Counted from the first letter of the stretch, positions 27,312-41,080 are shown. The stretch: DNA of 64,000 bases from the human T2T-CHM13v2.0 reference genome, Homo sapiens (GCF_009914755.1 NC_060929.1); one strand, 5' to 3'. Translations and numbers: made by a program. The notes: generated by a model from the sequence alone, not told the origin.

Positions 27312-30300
27312 CTTTTTTCTTCAACTTTGATTTTAAGTTCAAGGGTACATATGCAGGATGTGCTATTTTGTTATATAGGTAAGTTCGTGCCACGGTGGTT
27401 TGCTGCACAGATCATCCCATCACCTAGGTATGAAGCCCAGCATGCATTAGCTGTTCTTCCTGACACTCTCCCTGACACCACCCCAACAGGCCCCAGTGTG
27501 TGTTGTTCCTGCCCATGTGTCCATGTGTTCTCATCATTCAGCTCCTACTTATAAGTGAGAATGTGTGGTGTTTGGTTTTCTCTTCCTGTGTTAGTTTGCT
27601 GAGGGTAATGGCTTCCAAATCCATCCATGTCTCTGCAAAGGACATGATCTTATTCTTTTTTATGGCTGCATAGTATTCCATGGTGTATATGTACCACATT
27701 TTCTTTATCCATTCTATCATTAATGGACATTTAGGTTGATTCCATGCCTTTGCTATTGTGAATAGTGCTGCAGTAAACATATGCATGCATGTATCTTTAT
27801 AACAGAATGATATATATTCTTTTGGATATATACCCAGTAATGTGATTGCTAGGTCAAATGGTATTTCTGCCTCTAGGTTTTTGAGGAATCACCACACTGT
27901 CTTCCACAATAGCTGAATTAATTTACACTTCCACCAACAGCATAACTGCATTCCTTTTTCTCCACAACCTCACCAACATCTGTTTTTTGACTTTTTAATA
28001 ATCGCCATTCTGACTGGCATGAGATAGTATCTCATTGTGGTTTTGATTTGTATTTCTCTATCAGTGATGTTGAGCTTTTTCCATATTATTATTGGCCACG
28101 TGTATGTCTTCTTTTGAGAAGTTTCTGTTCATGTCCTTTGCCCACTTTTTAATGGAGTTGTTTGTTTTTTTCTTGTAAATTTGTTTAAGTTCCTTGTAGA
28201 CTCTGGATATTAGACCTTCGTCAGATGAATACATTGTAAAAATTTTGTCTTATTCTGTAGGTTGTCTGTTCACTTTCATGATAGTTTATTTTGCTGTGCA
28301 GAAGCTCTTTAGTTGATTTGTATCCCATTTGTCAATTTTTGCTTTTGTTGCAATTGCTTTTGCTGTTTTCGTTATGAAATCTTTGCCCATGCCTATGTCC
28401 TGAATGATATTGCCTAGATTTTCTTCAAGGGTTTTTGTAGTTTTGGGTTTTACATTGAAGTCTTTAAGTCATCTTGAGTTAATTTTTGTATATGGCATAA
28501 GGAAGGGGTCCAGTTTCAATTTTCTGCATATGGCTAGCCAGCACTCTTAGCACCATTTATTAAATAGGGAGTCCTTTCTCCATTGCATGTTTTTGTCAAG
28601 TTTGTTAAACATCACATGGTTGTAGGTGTGTGGTCTTATTTCTGAGTTCTCTATTCTGATCAATTGGTCTATGTGTCTGTTCTTGTACCAGTGCCATGCT
28701 GTTTTGGTTACTGCACCCTTGTAGTATAGTTTGAAGTTGGGTAGCATGATTCCTCCAGATTTGTTCTTTTTGCTTAGGGTTGTCTTGGCTATTTGGGCTC
28801 TTTTTTGGTTCCATATGAATTTTAAATTTTTTTTTTTGTAGTTCTGTGAAGAATGCTAATGGTAGTTTAAAGGGAATTGAATTGAATATATAAATTACTT
28901 GAAGCAGTATGGCCATTTTCAACATATTGATTCCTCCTATTCATGAGCATGAAATGTTTCTTCATTTGATTGTGTCCTGTCTGATTTCTTTGTGCAGTGG
29001 TTTATAGTTATCCTTTAAAAGGTCCTTCACTTCCCATGTTAGCTGTATTCATAGATATTTTATTCTTTTTGTAGCAATTGTGAATGGGAATTCATTCATG
29101 ATTTGGCTTTCTGCTTGTCTGTTGTTGGTGTATAGGAATGTTAGTGATTTTTGCACATTGATTTTATATTCTGAGATTTTGAAGTTGCTTATCAGCTTAA
29201 GAAGCTTTTGGGCTGAGACAATGGGGTTTTCTAGATATAGGATCATGTCATCTGCAAACAAAGATAATTTGACTTCCTCCCTTCCTGTTTGAATACCCTT
29301 CATTTCTTTCTTCTGTCTGATTGCCCTGGCCAGAACTTCCAATACTACATTGGGTAGGAGTGGTGAGACAGGGCATCCTTGTCTTGTGCCAGTTTTCAAG
29401 GGGAATGCTTCCAGTTTTTGCACATTCAGTATGATATTGGCTGTGGGTTTGTCGTATATGACTCTTATTATTTTGATGTGTGTTCCTTCAATACCTAGTT
29501 TATTGAGAGTTTTTAACATGAAGAGATGTTGAATTTTATCAAAAGCTTTTTCTGCATCTATTGAGATAATTATGTGGTTTTTGACTTCAGTTCTGTTTAT
29601 ATGATGAGTCACATTTATTGATTTGTGTTTATTTTGAACCAATCTTGCATCCTGAGGATGAAGCCTACTTGATCATGGTTGATAAGCTTTTTGATGTGCT
29701 GGTACGTTTGGTTTGCCAGTATTCGTTGACGATTTTTGCATTGATGTTCATCAAGGATATTCGCCTGAAGCTTTCTTTTTTTGTTGTATCTCTGCCACGT
29801 TTTGGTATTAGGATGGTGCTGGCTTTACAGAATGAGTTAGGGAGGAGTCCCTCCTTTTCAATTATTTGGAATAGTATCAGTAGAAATGGTACTAGCTCTT
29901 ATTTGTACATCCGGTAGAATTCAGCTGTGAATCCTTCTGGTCCTGGGCTTCGTTTTGTTGGTAGGATATTTATTACTGCCTCAATTTCAGAACTCGTTAT
30001 TGGTCAGTTCAGGGATTCAGTTTCTTCCTGTTTCAGTCTTGGGAGGCTGTATGTGTCCAGGAGTTTATTCATTTCTTCTAGATTTTCTAATTTGTGTGCA
30101 TAGAGGTGCTTATAGTATTCTCTAATAGTTGTTTGTATTTCTGTGGGATCAGTGGTGATATCCCCCGTATCATTTTTGGTTGTGTTTATTTGATTCTTCT
30201 CTCTTTTCTTCTTTATTAGTCTAGCTAGAAGTCTATTCTATTAATTTTTTTAAAAAAAACAGCTCCTGATTTGTTGATTTTTGAAGGGTTTTTCATGTCT

Positions 30301-30590
30301 CTGTCTCCTTCAGTTCAGCTCTGATCTTGGTTATTTCTTATCTTCTATAGCTTCAGGGTTTGTTTTCTCTCGGTTCTCTAGTTCTTCTAGTTGTGATGTT
30401 AGGTTGTTAACTTGAGATCTTTCTAGCTTTTTGATGTGGGCATTTAGTGCTATAAATTTTCTTCTTAACACTGCTTTAGCTGTGTCGCAGGGATTCTGGT
30501 ACATTGTCTCTTTGGTCTCATTAGTTTCAAAGAACTTCTTGTTTTCTATCTTAATTTCATTGTTTACCCAAGAGTCATTCAGTAGCAGGA
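27312..30590 (-). mobile_element. 5'-truncated L1PA (L1PA8-10-like), inserted in an L2
   Basis: ORF2 fragments '[14 protein letters not shown]...[12 protein letters not shown]', 'KKMWYIYTMEYYAAIKK'; TSD acaactctct(t/c)tt at 27299-27311 and 30591-30603. Confidence 0.93.
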
Positions 30591-30603
30591 ACAACTCTCT
30601 CTT

Positions 30604-30715
30604 GCTCAATGGTTTGTAAGCTCCCTGAGAGAAGGACTGTGACTTGTTTATCTTTGTATTTCCCCTAGTGCCTTGCACAAAGTGGGCACTCAGAAATTTT
30701 TGTTGAAGTAAATAG
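30604..30715 (+). mobile_element. L2 3' end; upstream part lies before the L1PA at ~27150-27300
   Basis: 'tgtaagctccctgagagaaggactgtg...gtgggcactcagaaatttttgttgaa'. Confidence 0.7.
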
Positions 30716-31199
30716 TTCAATAGTCGAGGCTACCGAGCTTAAAAACAGCTACGTAAATGTTATGTTTTAGCTCTTCAACTCCCAGTGCAAGGATAGAGCT
30801 TTCTTGACTGACTGTGGTGATGGTAGAATGACTACCTGTGAGCAGTCCCATCTCTACTGAGCTGTGGGAATCTTAGCAGCTTAGTTAAGCTGAAAACAAA
30901 TATTTGCCTAGGATTCTGGGAGGGGACTTCACATGCCTTTGTAGTTACCCAAGGGATGGCATCACCTTTGGTCAGCCCACTCAGTGAGCCACTCACCCAC
31001 CTGGGACTGCCACATTCTCCCACAGAACCTGGATATGGGTCCTATTATTTCATTTCATCATTCATTACTTGCTGTCTATATAGGTCTAAGCCTTTTTATT
31101 ACACAAAATGATGCTAACCTGAAGAGAGATTGAGACACTAAATACAAAACCATCTATAGAAAGATTAGTTTATAGGAAGATTATAGAAAGATTATCTAT

Positions 31200-33633
31200 A
31201 AAAATATTTAGTAGTAAAATATACTGTTTTCTGCCCTTTTTGCAAATCTCATTCTCCTGAGTTAAAATCATTTTTAATTTTTTCCAATGGATCTTTCCAT
31301 AAATTTGGTAATAAGTTATATTATTATTTCTTGATTAGTCCACTTTAAATATGAGTGATGATTTTCTTCTCTAAATGTTGTGGATTTAACCTATTGAAAC
31401 ACTACTCAACTTTTTTCCCATTCTTTCTCCCAATGTTTGATATTATGTTATTAATTTTAGTTTTTCTTTGTTTTTGGTTGTAACTTTTTCTATGTCTGTG
31501 ATAATTGTCTATCCCATTTCTTGTTTCCTCAACTTTAGATATATCTGTTGAGTGAATACCATGTAAGATGGTAATAATAAAACCTGTGTCTTTCCCTCCC
31601 CCCTTTAATATCCATCAGCTATACCTTTTCTTTCACATTTTACATTTTATTCTGAAAATGTTATTAAATTTTCTATAATTGATTTTTAAAGCCAATGAAA
31701 TTTGTTTTTTACCTTCAGAACTGTATAAGTATTGAGTACTGTGGAGTTGAAGAAGGTGCTAGATTATACTTTCTTTTCATGGTTTTAATGTTATAACACT
31801 GATAAATAGTGTGTTTATCATCAAAGTCAAATAAATTGTCTTTTATTACACTTTTTAAAAGGTGTATCACATTTTTATTGCTTCATATTTAGAACTTATG
31901 TTTTTGTACACTAAATTTTAATTTCCATTTCTTTTTCTGGTTGAGAGAAGAAACATAGCTTCTTCACTCTATCACTGAAATGTTTCAGATTTGTGCTCAT
32001 TTTCTCAGTTAAAGACTCAGTATATTTTATCAACAATCTTCTCATAGCCTGCTGATTTTCTATTTTAATTTGGATGTTGCTTCTATGTCTGCTATGAACC
32101 ATTACCCTGGGATTTCTTTTTATTTTCTTTTTGGATTTTTCCACTGTTTCCTATATCCCGCATCTTCATCTTTCTTGGTTTTCGCCTTTGCTTTGTTGAA
32201 GTATGTTTGCAAGTAATTTCATCAGAGAGGATTTGGTGAGGGGGAGGGCTAGGTGGATAATGGTCCTTTTTCTTTGTTCCTGAAAATTATTTTGCTTGTC
32301 CTCAGATTTGATTGCTATTTGGCTGGGGATATACTTCCTGGTTCAAAAACTTTCCCCTCAGAGCACTGATGATATTGCTCCAGTGCCCTCTTGTCTTTAT
32401 TCCTCAATATATGTCTAAATATCAGTTCCTTTAAATTCATCCTGCTGAGCAAATATTCAGTGGCCTTTTCAGTTTGATAGCTTATGTCTTCCTTCAGCTT
32501 TGAGATATTTTCTTCCTTTTTGCAAAAAAGTAATTTACTTTCCTCTATTTTCTCTGTTTGCTTTCTGGGACCCCTATTGGTTGAGCATTGAACTTTGTGG
32601 ATTGATACTTTATGATTCTTATCTTCTCTGTCATCTGTTTCATCTTTTTGTGTTTCCTTTCCATGTTCTGAGACACTTTTTATTTTACTGCTTTTTTATA
32701 AATTTTTGATTTTTGCATTGGAAAAAACTTTTAACAGCTAGTTTTTATTGTTCTCTATCACATTTTTATAGATTCATGTTTTTGTTTTTAACATTATTTA
32801 AAAACTCACAAGGAGTCAAATTCGAATTGTTTAGTTTAAGTTTTCTCCTATTCTTGCATGTTTACTATATTATCCTGGGTCAACTGCTCTTGTTTTTATC
32901 TTGATCTTTCTCTTTAATGCTATTGGTATTCCTCGTATGTCTGGTAGTCCTTGCTTATCAGTTCTTATTTTAGAATAAATGTTTAGATTGATTATTCCAA
33001 GTTGGGGGTATTATTTTTCTTGGCTGCTTGATAGGTAGTTTCTTTCTCCAGCTTGCTCTGCCCTGAATTGAAGATTCTTTGTATGCAGGAAGGGCTTAGT
33101 ATGCAGAATTTGCACTGGGGGATTGAGGGGCAGCCAGGGTGGGGCTGGGGAACTAGGCCTGTCTCTAGTAGCCTGTACTTTTTTCAGGCAGCTCATTCAG
33201 TATCTTTAGGTGCCTGCGCTGGTTTTATCCTGCAAAGTGAATGCTGGGCTTCCTTTTATTCTGCATCAGAAGTCCTGGGGTATGTTCAGTGTGTGTGAGT
33301 GGGGAAGGGAGATCAGAAAGTGTAGGTTCTTTAATGAAGGACATTGAGTGACACCCTGTCTTCACTCTCCCTGACTCTGCCTGCCCACTCTGTGCCAAGA
33401 ACCTTCCACAGAGTTCCCACTGGGGAATTAGGCGCCATCTTTGCTGTGGCCCCTTCTGCTGTCTCTGCTGCAGCCTCCCATACTCCATTTCACATGTCCG
33501 CAGGATTCTATCTGTGTTCTATTCCTTGGTATTTGTTGATTCATCTCTCTTCTTTTTGCTGTTAAGGCCTCATTCCCCTTTGAATTTCTTTATTGTCTTT
33601 TTGCGGCAACCTGTGTCCTCAGCTCACCATCTT
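31200..33633 (-). mobile_element. Highly diverged L1M/L1ME 5' region (ORF1/5' UTR-like)
   Basis: Antisense T-rich L1 ORF1-like sequence ending in 'agctcaccatctt', typical of old L1M 5' parts; boundaries approximate. Confidence 0.45.
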
Positions 33634-34059
33634 TTAAAATTTATTTTTGGCAGTGTAATCCTTCATAGGTTTATTATTTTCATCCTTAATTTTTAATTTC
33701 AACCTTTTTTTAAATTCAGGATTTACATGTGCAGGTTTATTACTTAAGTATATTGCATGATGCTGAGGTTTGGGTACGGATGGATGATCCTGTCACCCAG
33801 GTACTGAGCATGGTATCTGCTAGTTTTTCAACCCTTGTCCCTTCCTTCCTCTCTCCTCTAGTAGTCCCCAGTGTCTATTGTTGCCATCTTCATGTCAATG
33901 AGTACCTAATATTGAGCTCCCACTTATAAATGACAGTATGGGGTATTTGGTTTTCTGTTCCTGTATTAATTCGCTTAGGATAATGGCCTCCAGCTGCAAC
34001 CATGTTGTTTCAAAGGATATGATTTCATTCTTTTTATATGGCTGCACAGTAGTCCATGG
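33634..34059 (-). mobile_element. Short 5'-truncated L1PA16-like 3' end plus extra 3' sequence
   Basis: 'tacatgtgcaggttt...tattgcatgatgctgaggtttggg...gctcccacttataa'; TSD agct(c/t)accatctt at 33621-33633 and 34060-34072. Confidence 0.8.
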
Positions 34060-34269
34060 AGCTTACCATCTTGAACTAGAACTCCTTTCCCATATTTGTG
34101 CTGTGGGATGCTGGCTTCCAGTTTGCTGAGTATTTTAGCATGTGCTAAAGGAAATTATTCTTGGAAAAGAGGAATGGGATTCTACAAGACTGTAAGAAAT
34201 AGTACCTTCTGTATCTCAGCATAAGCAGAAAAACTACCATGGCCTGAGGCACTTTTGACTATATGTCCC

Positions 34270-34510
34270 AATATTAACAGACACTTGAGGTTACTTATAT
34301 GCCAGGCATTGTTCTAAGTACTTTACATATATTAATTCATTCAGTCCTAACAATAACAGTAAAAGGAAAGTACTAATAATTGTCCCCATTTTACAGTTGA
34401 GTAAAAAGATAAGAGACTTGCCTGAAAGGTTAAATGACTCATAAGTAAAATAGCCAAGATTCAAATTTCATCTCCAGAGACTAAGCTTTTAGCCTCTCTG
34501 CTACATTGCT
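34270..34510 (-). mobile_element. MIR
   Basis: 'tgccaggcattgttctaagtactttacatatattaattcattc...ccccattttacagttgag'. Confidence 0.8.
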
Positions 34511-34577
34511 TCCCATAATTATGTCACTAGCAAATAAACTGTGAGGATATAATAAAGATGGAGTATCAAATAATAGC

Positions 34578-34832
34578 TGAGATGGAGTCTCGCTCTGTCA
34601 CCAGGCTCACTGCAACCTCTGCCTCCCAGGTTCAAGCGACTCTTCTCCCTCAGTCTCCCGAGTAGCTGGGACTGCAGGCGCACGCCACCACACCCAGCTA
34701 ATTTTTGTATTTTTAGTAGAGATGGGGTTTCACCATGTTGGCCAGGATGGTCTCAATCTCTTGACCTCAGGATGTGCCCACCTCGGCCTCCCAAAGTGCT
34801 GGGATTACAGGCGTGTGCCACTGGGCCCAGCC
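34578..34832 (-). mobile_element. AluSc-like SINE lacking the poly(A) tail, with an internal deletion
   Basis: 'gagatggagtctcgctctgtcaccaggct|cactgcaacc', 'ggatggtctcaatctcttgacctc'. Confidence 0.92.
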
Positions 34833-35099
34833 AGCTGATGGAATTTTTTTAAAAAATAAAGATATTTTAAGAAGAGTCAAAAAACAAATATAATTTCACG
34901 GTGACAAGAATGGCTGAATTACGAAATTCTGACTACATAATTAAAAATATTTTCAATGGAACAAAAAATGGGAAAGTGGGTAAAGAACCCAGCATATTTG
35001 TGCTCCAAGTTGTCTAATAAGGCTGGAGGGCCTTTACGTAAATTATAGATGAGAAAACATATAACTAAGGAGGATATAAGGGAATAGAATGAGAATTTC

Positions 35100-36890
35100 A
35101 GGAGAGTTAAAGTCAAGGATTAGCTGAGGCTCACAAAAACCACTAGAGACAGCAGCAGCAATTTTTATAGCTATTTTCAGAACAATAGATAGATGAAAAT
35201 TATAGGTCCAATGCTTGAGAATGATGGTATCATGTTAAAAGAAAACATTGCACTTCTGCTTTTCCTCTGTCTATACCAAGAATAATGATTGTTAAGCTGA
35301 CAACATGGAAAGATTAATGCATTAAGATGTCTTTACAGGCATGATAAGAGAAGATTAACAATAACTTTAATATTTTAGATGAATTCAAACTTCTAGGCCC
35401 AGACAAATCACATTTTAGGAATAAACGATCTCATTGGGATGAACATAGAACTGTCATATCCTTTTGAGAAATTTTATAGAATGGGAAAAATTCAAAAGAA
35501 TGGAGAAAGGTACATATGACCCCAGTTTTCAAAAGGAAGGATGTGATAGGTTGCATTAAGTGCTTAAAATATTTGCTACTTTTTTCTGCAGGCACCTTTC
35601 AGTGGGGCCTCTTTTTATGGGATGATTATACTTCCTACCCCATCAACGTCAGACTTGGCCATGTGTCTTGCTGGGGCCAGTGGAACGTGAGGAGTGACAT
35701 TCCAAGCAAGAGCTACTTCCAAACAAAACCCTTAAGAACCACTGTGTTTCTGCCATCTTTCTTCTTTCTCTGCCACAAGACCAGTGGCATATTCCAGATA
35801 GGGGCTGCTTCTTCAGCCTGGGGTCTGGAATGAATGTGACATCAATTAGAGCGGCACAATGGGTATAAATCACAATGAGAAATACATGTTTGTCGTAAGC
35901 CACTGAGATTTTTAGGGTTATTAACATAGTACATTGTAGCCTATTGTAACTCTTATAGGAGGTAGATAGTAGATTATGAAAATTACTAACTAGTAATCTT
36001 AATGTTGATTTCCAGTAAATAAAAATTAATACATGCGTTTAATCAGAAAATTTAAGAGCTTATGGAAAAATTTTTATTGTCAATATAGTTTAAGCATATG
36101 TCAAACTACCAGTATTCCTTTCTCCTTTTTTTTGTTTCTGATAGCATTCTTAGAGGTCTGTGGAATGTTACAGATGCAGTGAAGTATGTTTTAATGATGT
36201 ATTTGAAAAAAATGCTTCATATTATCTTTTAATGTAAACTAATGTATATTTACTATGATATCATGCGATATTTATTGTGACCATTTGTATTATGTCCTGC
36301 TGGGAACTGTAGAGATTTAAATATGATACAGATGAGAATATAGGTAGGTGATTTCATAGCTGGATGAACAAGATACTGGGAGGGAAAACTTTAGGAAATA
36401 ATCCTTTTAACCTGTTGAAAAATACATTATCAATTATTTGAATGGCAGCATTGATGTTGTATTTATCAAGTTTACATATGACCCATTACAGAAGATACTC
36501 TCTGGAAAAGAGATTCAATGTGTTGTATGGCAAAATTCAAAATGACTATGATTTCTCAAAAAGATACTAAAATCAATCTGATATAATTTGTAACTTGGGG
36601 TTGTATAACTTGAATAAATGTATAACTCAAAGTTGTATTTTTAAGTAACAGTGGGATTGGAAGAAGGAGATCTGGTTGTTGGAATTCAGGTGAAGCTAGA
36701 TCGTTTGGATTGGTCCAAACATCAAAATAACATCAGCAGGATGTTGCTTCTGTAAAAGTGAAAGTGATCTTAAGCTATATTAATAGATGTTTGCATCCAG
36801 ATGAAGGGGTTGTTATGTATTATTATGTAGTATTATGTCCAGTTCTGGATAATACTTTTTAACAGAAATATTGATAAAACCCAAGGGTTT
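35100..36890 (+). mobile_element. L3/CR1 LINE fossil (ORF2), split by an MLT1
   Basis: 35500-35540 translates WRKVHMTPVFKRK (CR1 WRxANVTPIFKKG); 'aattactaactagtaatcttaa' (NYRPVSL-like) after the MLT1; 'gtccagttctgg' (VQFW) at ~36840. Confidence 0.7.
35542..35957 (+). mobile_element. MLT1I/J-like solo LTR
   Basis: 'tcagacttggccatgtgtcttgct...gccagtggaacgtgag' and 'tgtcgtaagccactgagattt'. Confidence 0.75.
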
Positions 36891-37204
36891 TGGCATTAAT
36901 GTATTGGATTCATTAATTTTTTAGGAAGAAGGAGGAAAAGTAGAGTTGAGCAGGTTGACCAATCATAGCTAAGCCTAAAGCAGAGGACACCTGGCCTGAG
37001 AAGAGAAAGACTAAAAGAGGAGCAGAGGATAAGAATTGCAGATATGACCATACCTAAAAGAAAGCATGCTAAACATTTACAGATCGAGATCTCCCTGGCT
37101 GCTTGAATACACCTGACTAGACTCCTGCTCTTTGAACCCTGTTCCCTGATGATATTAAGTTATACATACATAGAAGAGACACACTGAGTAAATGCACATC
37201 AGGA

Positions 37205-37382
37205 AAGTACTTTCCAAACCTGCATAATCATTGGAATCATTTGAGGAGCTTTTAAAAATGCAGATACTGAGACTCGCCTCAGACCTACTGAACCATCATT
37301 TCTGGTGATGGGCCCTGGGAATCTGCATGTTCTTAAAACAGGTGATTTTAATGATTTAAGATTCTAATAATTTGTGAGCCAT
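37205..37382. mobile_element. MER5A-like hAT MITE
   Basis: 'ggaatcatttgaggagcttttaaaaatgcagatactg...agacctactgaaccatca...gggccctgggaatctgcat'. Confidence 0.7.
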
Positions 37383-37889
37383 GGTATCTTATGATGTGAT
37401 GGGTGTTGAAGAAGCAGAGGTAGAATTAGAGAACATTGGTGTATCAGCGAAGGAAACACAGCTACGGCACTGGTTCCCAGATTTCAGTCTTCAAGGATAA
37501 ATACAATTCTAAAAGAAATAGAAGTTCATCAACATAGGATTGCTGGTTTTTTATTATAACAAACCTAGCAAACTATCTTTTATCCTTATAGTTTCATTTT
37601 TTAAAAAAAGAAATTAAATTTAAAAAGGGACTGGAGCAGGACATGATATAGAAAGTACAATCTTTTAGATTGAATAAACTTAGCCATAATGTTCTTATTT
37701 ATTTTTCTCATTTCACCATGGACTGGTGACAATTTCCTCATATTGTGGCATAATTTGCCATATCAGCATTTGAGGGCCACAGTGTAGGGTACATGCCACT
37801 CCGTTGCTGTGCAGGGCCAAGTGGCCCATAAACTGGTTTAGGGACCTAGTTCTGGCAGTGGTGGAGAGGAAAGCCTTGGAAAGAGTGCA

Positions 37890-38270
37890 TGGGTGGTTCA
37901 GTAAGATGCAGGCATACCTTGGATGATAAAAGATTTGAGAACAGTTGTGGAAACCAGCTGTTTAGCTGTAGAGGAAAAGACTTGTGGGGGACCCGAAAGC
38001 TATATTAATACACGAGAGGCTTTCATATATAATAATCCTTGTTATGCCAGAGGGCAGAACTAGACCTATTTGAAGAAGTTGCTGGCAGACCCATTTCAGT
38101 TTAATATAAACAAAAGCTTTGGACAATCAGACTTTTCCAATAAAGGTTAACAAACTAGAGATGTGATTACCCTCCTCCAGAAGAGCCCAACGCACTTCTG
38201 AGTCACAATTCATTAGGAATGTGGATGGAGTGAGTTGGAGGTTGGAATAAAATCACTATTTTCTAACCCT
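37890..38270 (+). mobile_element. L3/CR1 3' portion
   Basis: 'ccagagggcagaactaga', 'atttcagtttaatataaacaaaagcttt...acaatcaga'. Confidence 0.55.
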
Positions 38271-38279
38271 GGCAAGGCT

Positions 38280-38420
38280 TAATAAGACTTTGGAAGCCTT
38301 TTAAACAAATACTGATTCCTGGACCTCAACTTAGATCTGTAGGAACAGAATCTCCATGGACAGGGCTGAGGAATCCATATGTTCAGTGAGCTCCCAGGAA
38401 ATTCTGTTAAGTTGTCTGTA
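38280..38420. mobile_element. MER5-like hAT MITE fragment
   Basis: 'tttaaacaaatactgattcctggacc...cagaatctccatggacagggctgaggaatc'. Confidence 0.6.
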
Positions 38421-39319
38421 GCCTTGGAAAACAGACAAAGTGAACTGCAATATCTTGAAGTATCTGTGATGACAGATTCTATAAAATTCTTAAAGAGATA
38501 GCAATTTGTCATGGCATCAATATTTGAATATCTACTCAATATAACATTTTATTATTGGTTACTTACAAGTTATATTTGAAACAATCAGTTATCTGAACAT
38601 CAACACAAACCAAAAGCATTTGATTGTTATGAAACAAGGTTTACTTTGAGCTTGATAGAGGAATTAGACCCACATAATGAAAAGGAGTCATGACCGAATT
38701 ATAAAATATGGATGCGCAAATTGCCAAACAGATAACATGTTCATGCCAAAATTTTTTATTTACAAGATCAGCAACTCATTCTTTCCAGTCTCAAATCACA
38801 TATTAGTTTAATATGGCATTAAATACAGGCATTTAATATGGCATTAAATTCCCTTGAAAGATCATTTTTATTGGGTCCTTTGTTATTTTGAAATGATTTT
38901 TCATTTTCATGAATTTTCATTCTGTTACATTCAATAGTTAGAGTGACTATTCTAGTAATTGAATAGGGCAGAATGGAAGCATAGCTCCATGTTCCTCTGA
39001 TAGACTGGTTTTCAGAGTCTGCAGTTTTGAACTGGACAGTTATCTCTATTAAGTTTCTATCCCAAACTCTGTGTAGATTGTCTGAAAGGTTTTCAACCAT
39101 TAATGGAAGGCTGGGATCTGAATTACAGGCATAAGAAACTAGACAGAAGCCATCAATCAATTGAATATCTAGATCATTGCTTAACATTTTTTGAATTTCT
39201 AACCACAGAGAAAAATTTTCCTAATACCCTTTCAGCCATTCAAACCTTTTGAAGTATATTCTCATAAACACATTTTTCTTTTCTTCTTTTTGCGTCTAGG
39301 TTCTGTTTGCTTATTATTT

Positions 39320-39900
39320 GTTTACTTATTCAACAGATACCTAATGGGAGCTTACTTTATGCCAGGCACAAAATACTAAGTGCTGAGTAAATAAGATCCC
39401 TGATCTCACGTATGTTCTAATAAGGGGAAAATGATAATAAACTTGCAGATAAATACATAAGAATTTTAGTTAGTGATAGATTATTGGGGGAGCCTTTTAT
39501 AGATGGGGTAGTTTGAAAAAGGTAGTAATACTTGAGCCAGGACTTGAGCACTGTGAGCAGCTGTGAGGAAGAAATAGCCAGTGCAAAGGCCCTGAGGCAG
39601 GAACCAGCTGGGGAATGAAAGAACAGTGAAGCACCGTTACAATAAAAAAGTGGGGATACAAGATGAGGTCAAAAAGAAGGCAAGGGCCAGATAACGCAGG
39701 GTCCTGCAGGTCACGGTAGAAATTTGAATTTCTTCTAAATGTGATATATCTAATCAGGGAGTGAAATACCTTTTTATCTTATAAAAATAACTCAGGCTCT
39801 GTTTAGAGAATCGAGCATGGTCAGCTAAGAGTGGAGTGAGGAAGAGCAGCTAGCAGACTGTTACATTAGTTCAGTCTAGGGATGATGACTGCTTATTAGA
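39320..39900 (-). mobile_element. L2 fragment
   Basis: 'ttattcaacagatacctaatgggagcttactttatgccaggcac', 'cagtgcaaaggccctgaggcaggaac'. Confidence 0.75.
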
Positions 39901-40577
39901 GTAATGCTTTTGACTGAAGGAATGATATGAAAATCATGAATATGCCTCTTTTAACAGACATTCTCAATTAAGAAGGCCACAACTATGACTCTTACAAAAT
40001 GATTCTTGAACTTGTATTTTTTGGCCTTTATGTTCACATGTTCAGCACTTTCATTAGTTTCATTTCTCCCTGCTGTTAGGCCACTGCCTCCTTGAGCTCA
40101 GAACCACCGGGTTAGGTGATAGGTCAGGGCAACTTACTTTTTATCAGGCTAAAGGCATCTGTCCCAGTTCAAATCCAGAGAGCAACCCTTGCTTGTTTCT
40201 GCCATTCCCTTATTTTTTCCCACAGCCTTCTCTTTCCCAGTTTCTCCTGCTTAATTTTCTGTCCCAAGTGGAACACAGTCTCCCAACTTCTCCCCTACTC
40301 AGCTGTCTACTCTGAAAAACACGCAGATGTCAGTTTTCATGCTGCTTTTCTGAGGGGTTTATTTTTGTTGTAGAGGAATACAGAGATGAATACAAATTTT
40401 AAAAACTGTAGAAAACTCCTCAAGTTATTTTACCCAAGGAAGGGAAAGTGGGGAAGTCATTCTCCTTTTCATTAAACCTTAAGTACAGCTGGAAGGGGCT
40501 GGACAGATTTTCAACACTTCTTTTTTTAAAAGGGAAGTCGTATGTTGACATGACTGTTGACAAGAATATAATAAAAC

Positions 40578-41080
<503 letters not shown>

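Noticed and set aside
27538-30720. L1 ORF2 fragments, including a 197-aa RT piece, as a CDS
   Set aside because: 5'-truncated, frameshifted L1PA copy; not an intact gene.
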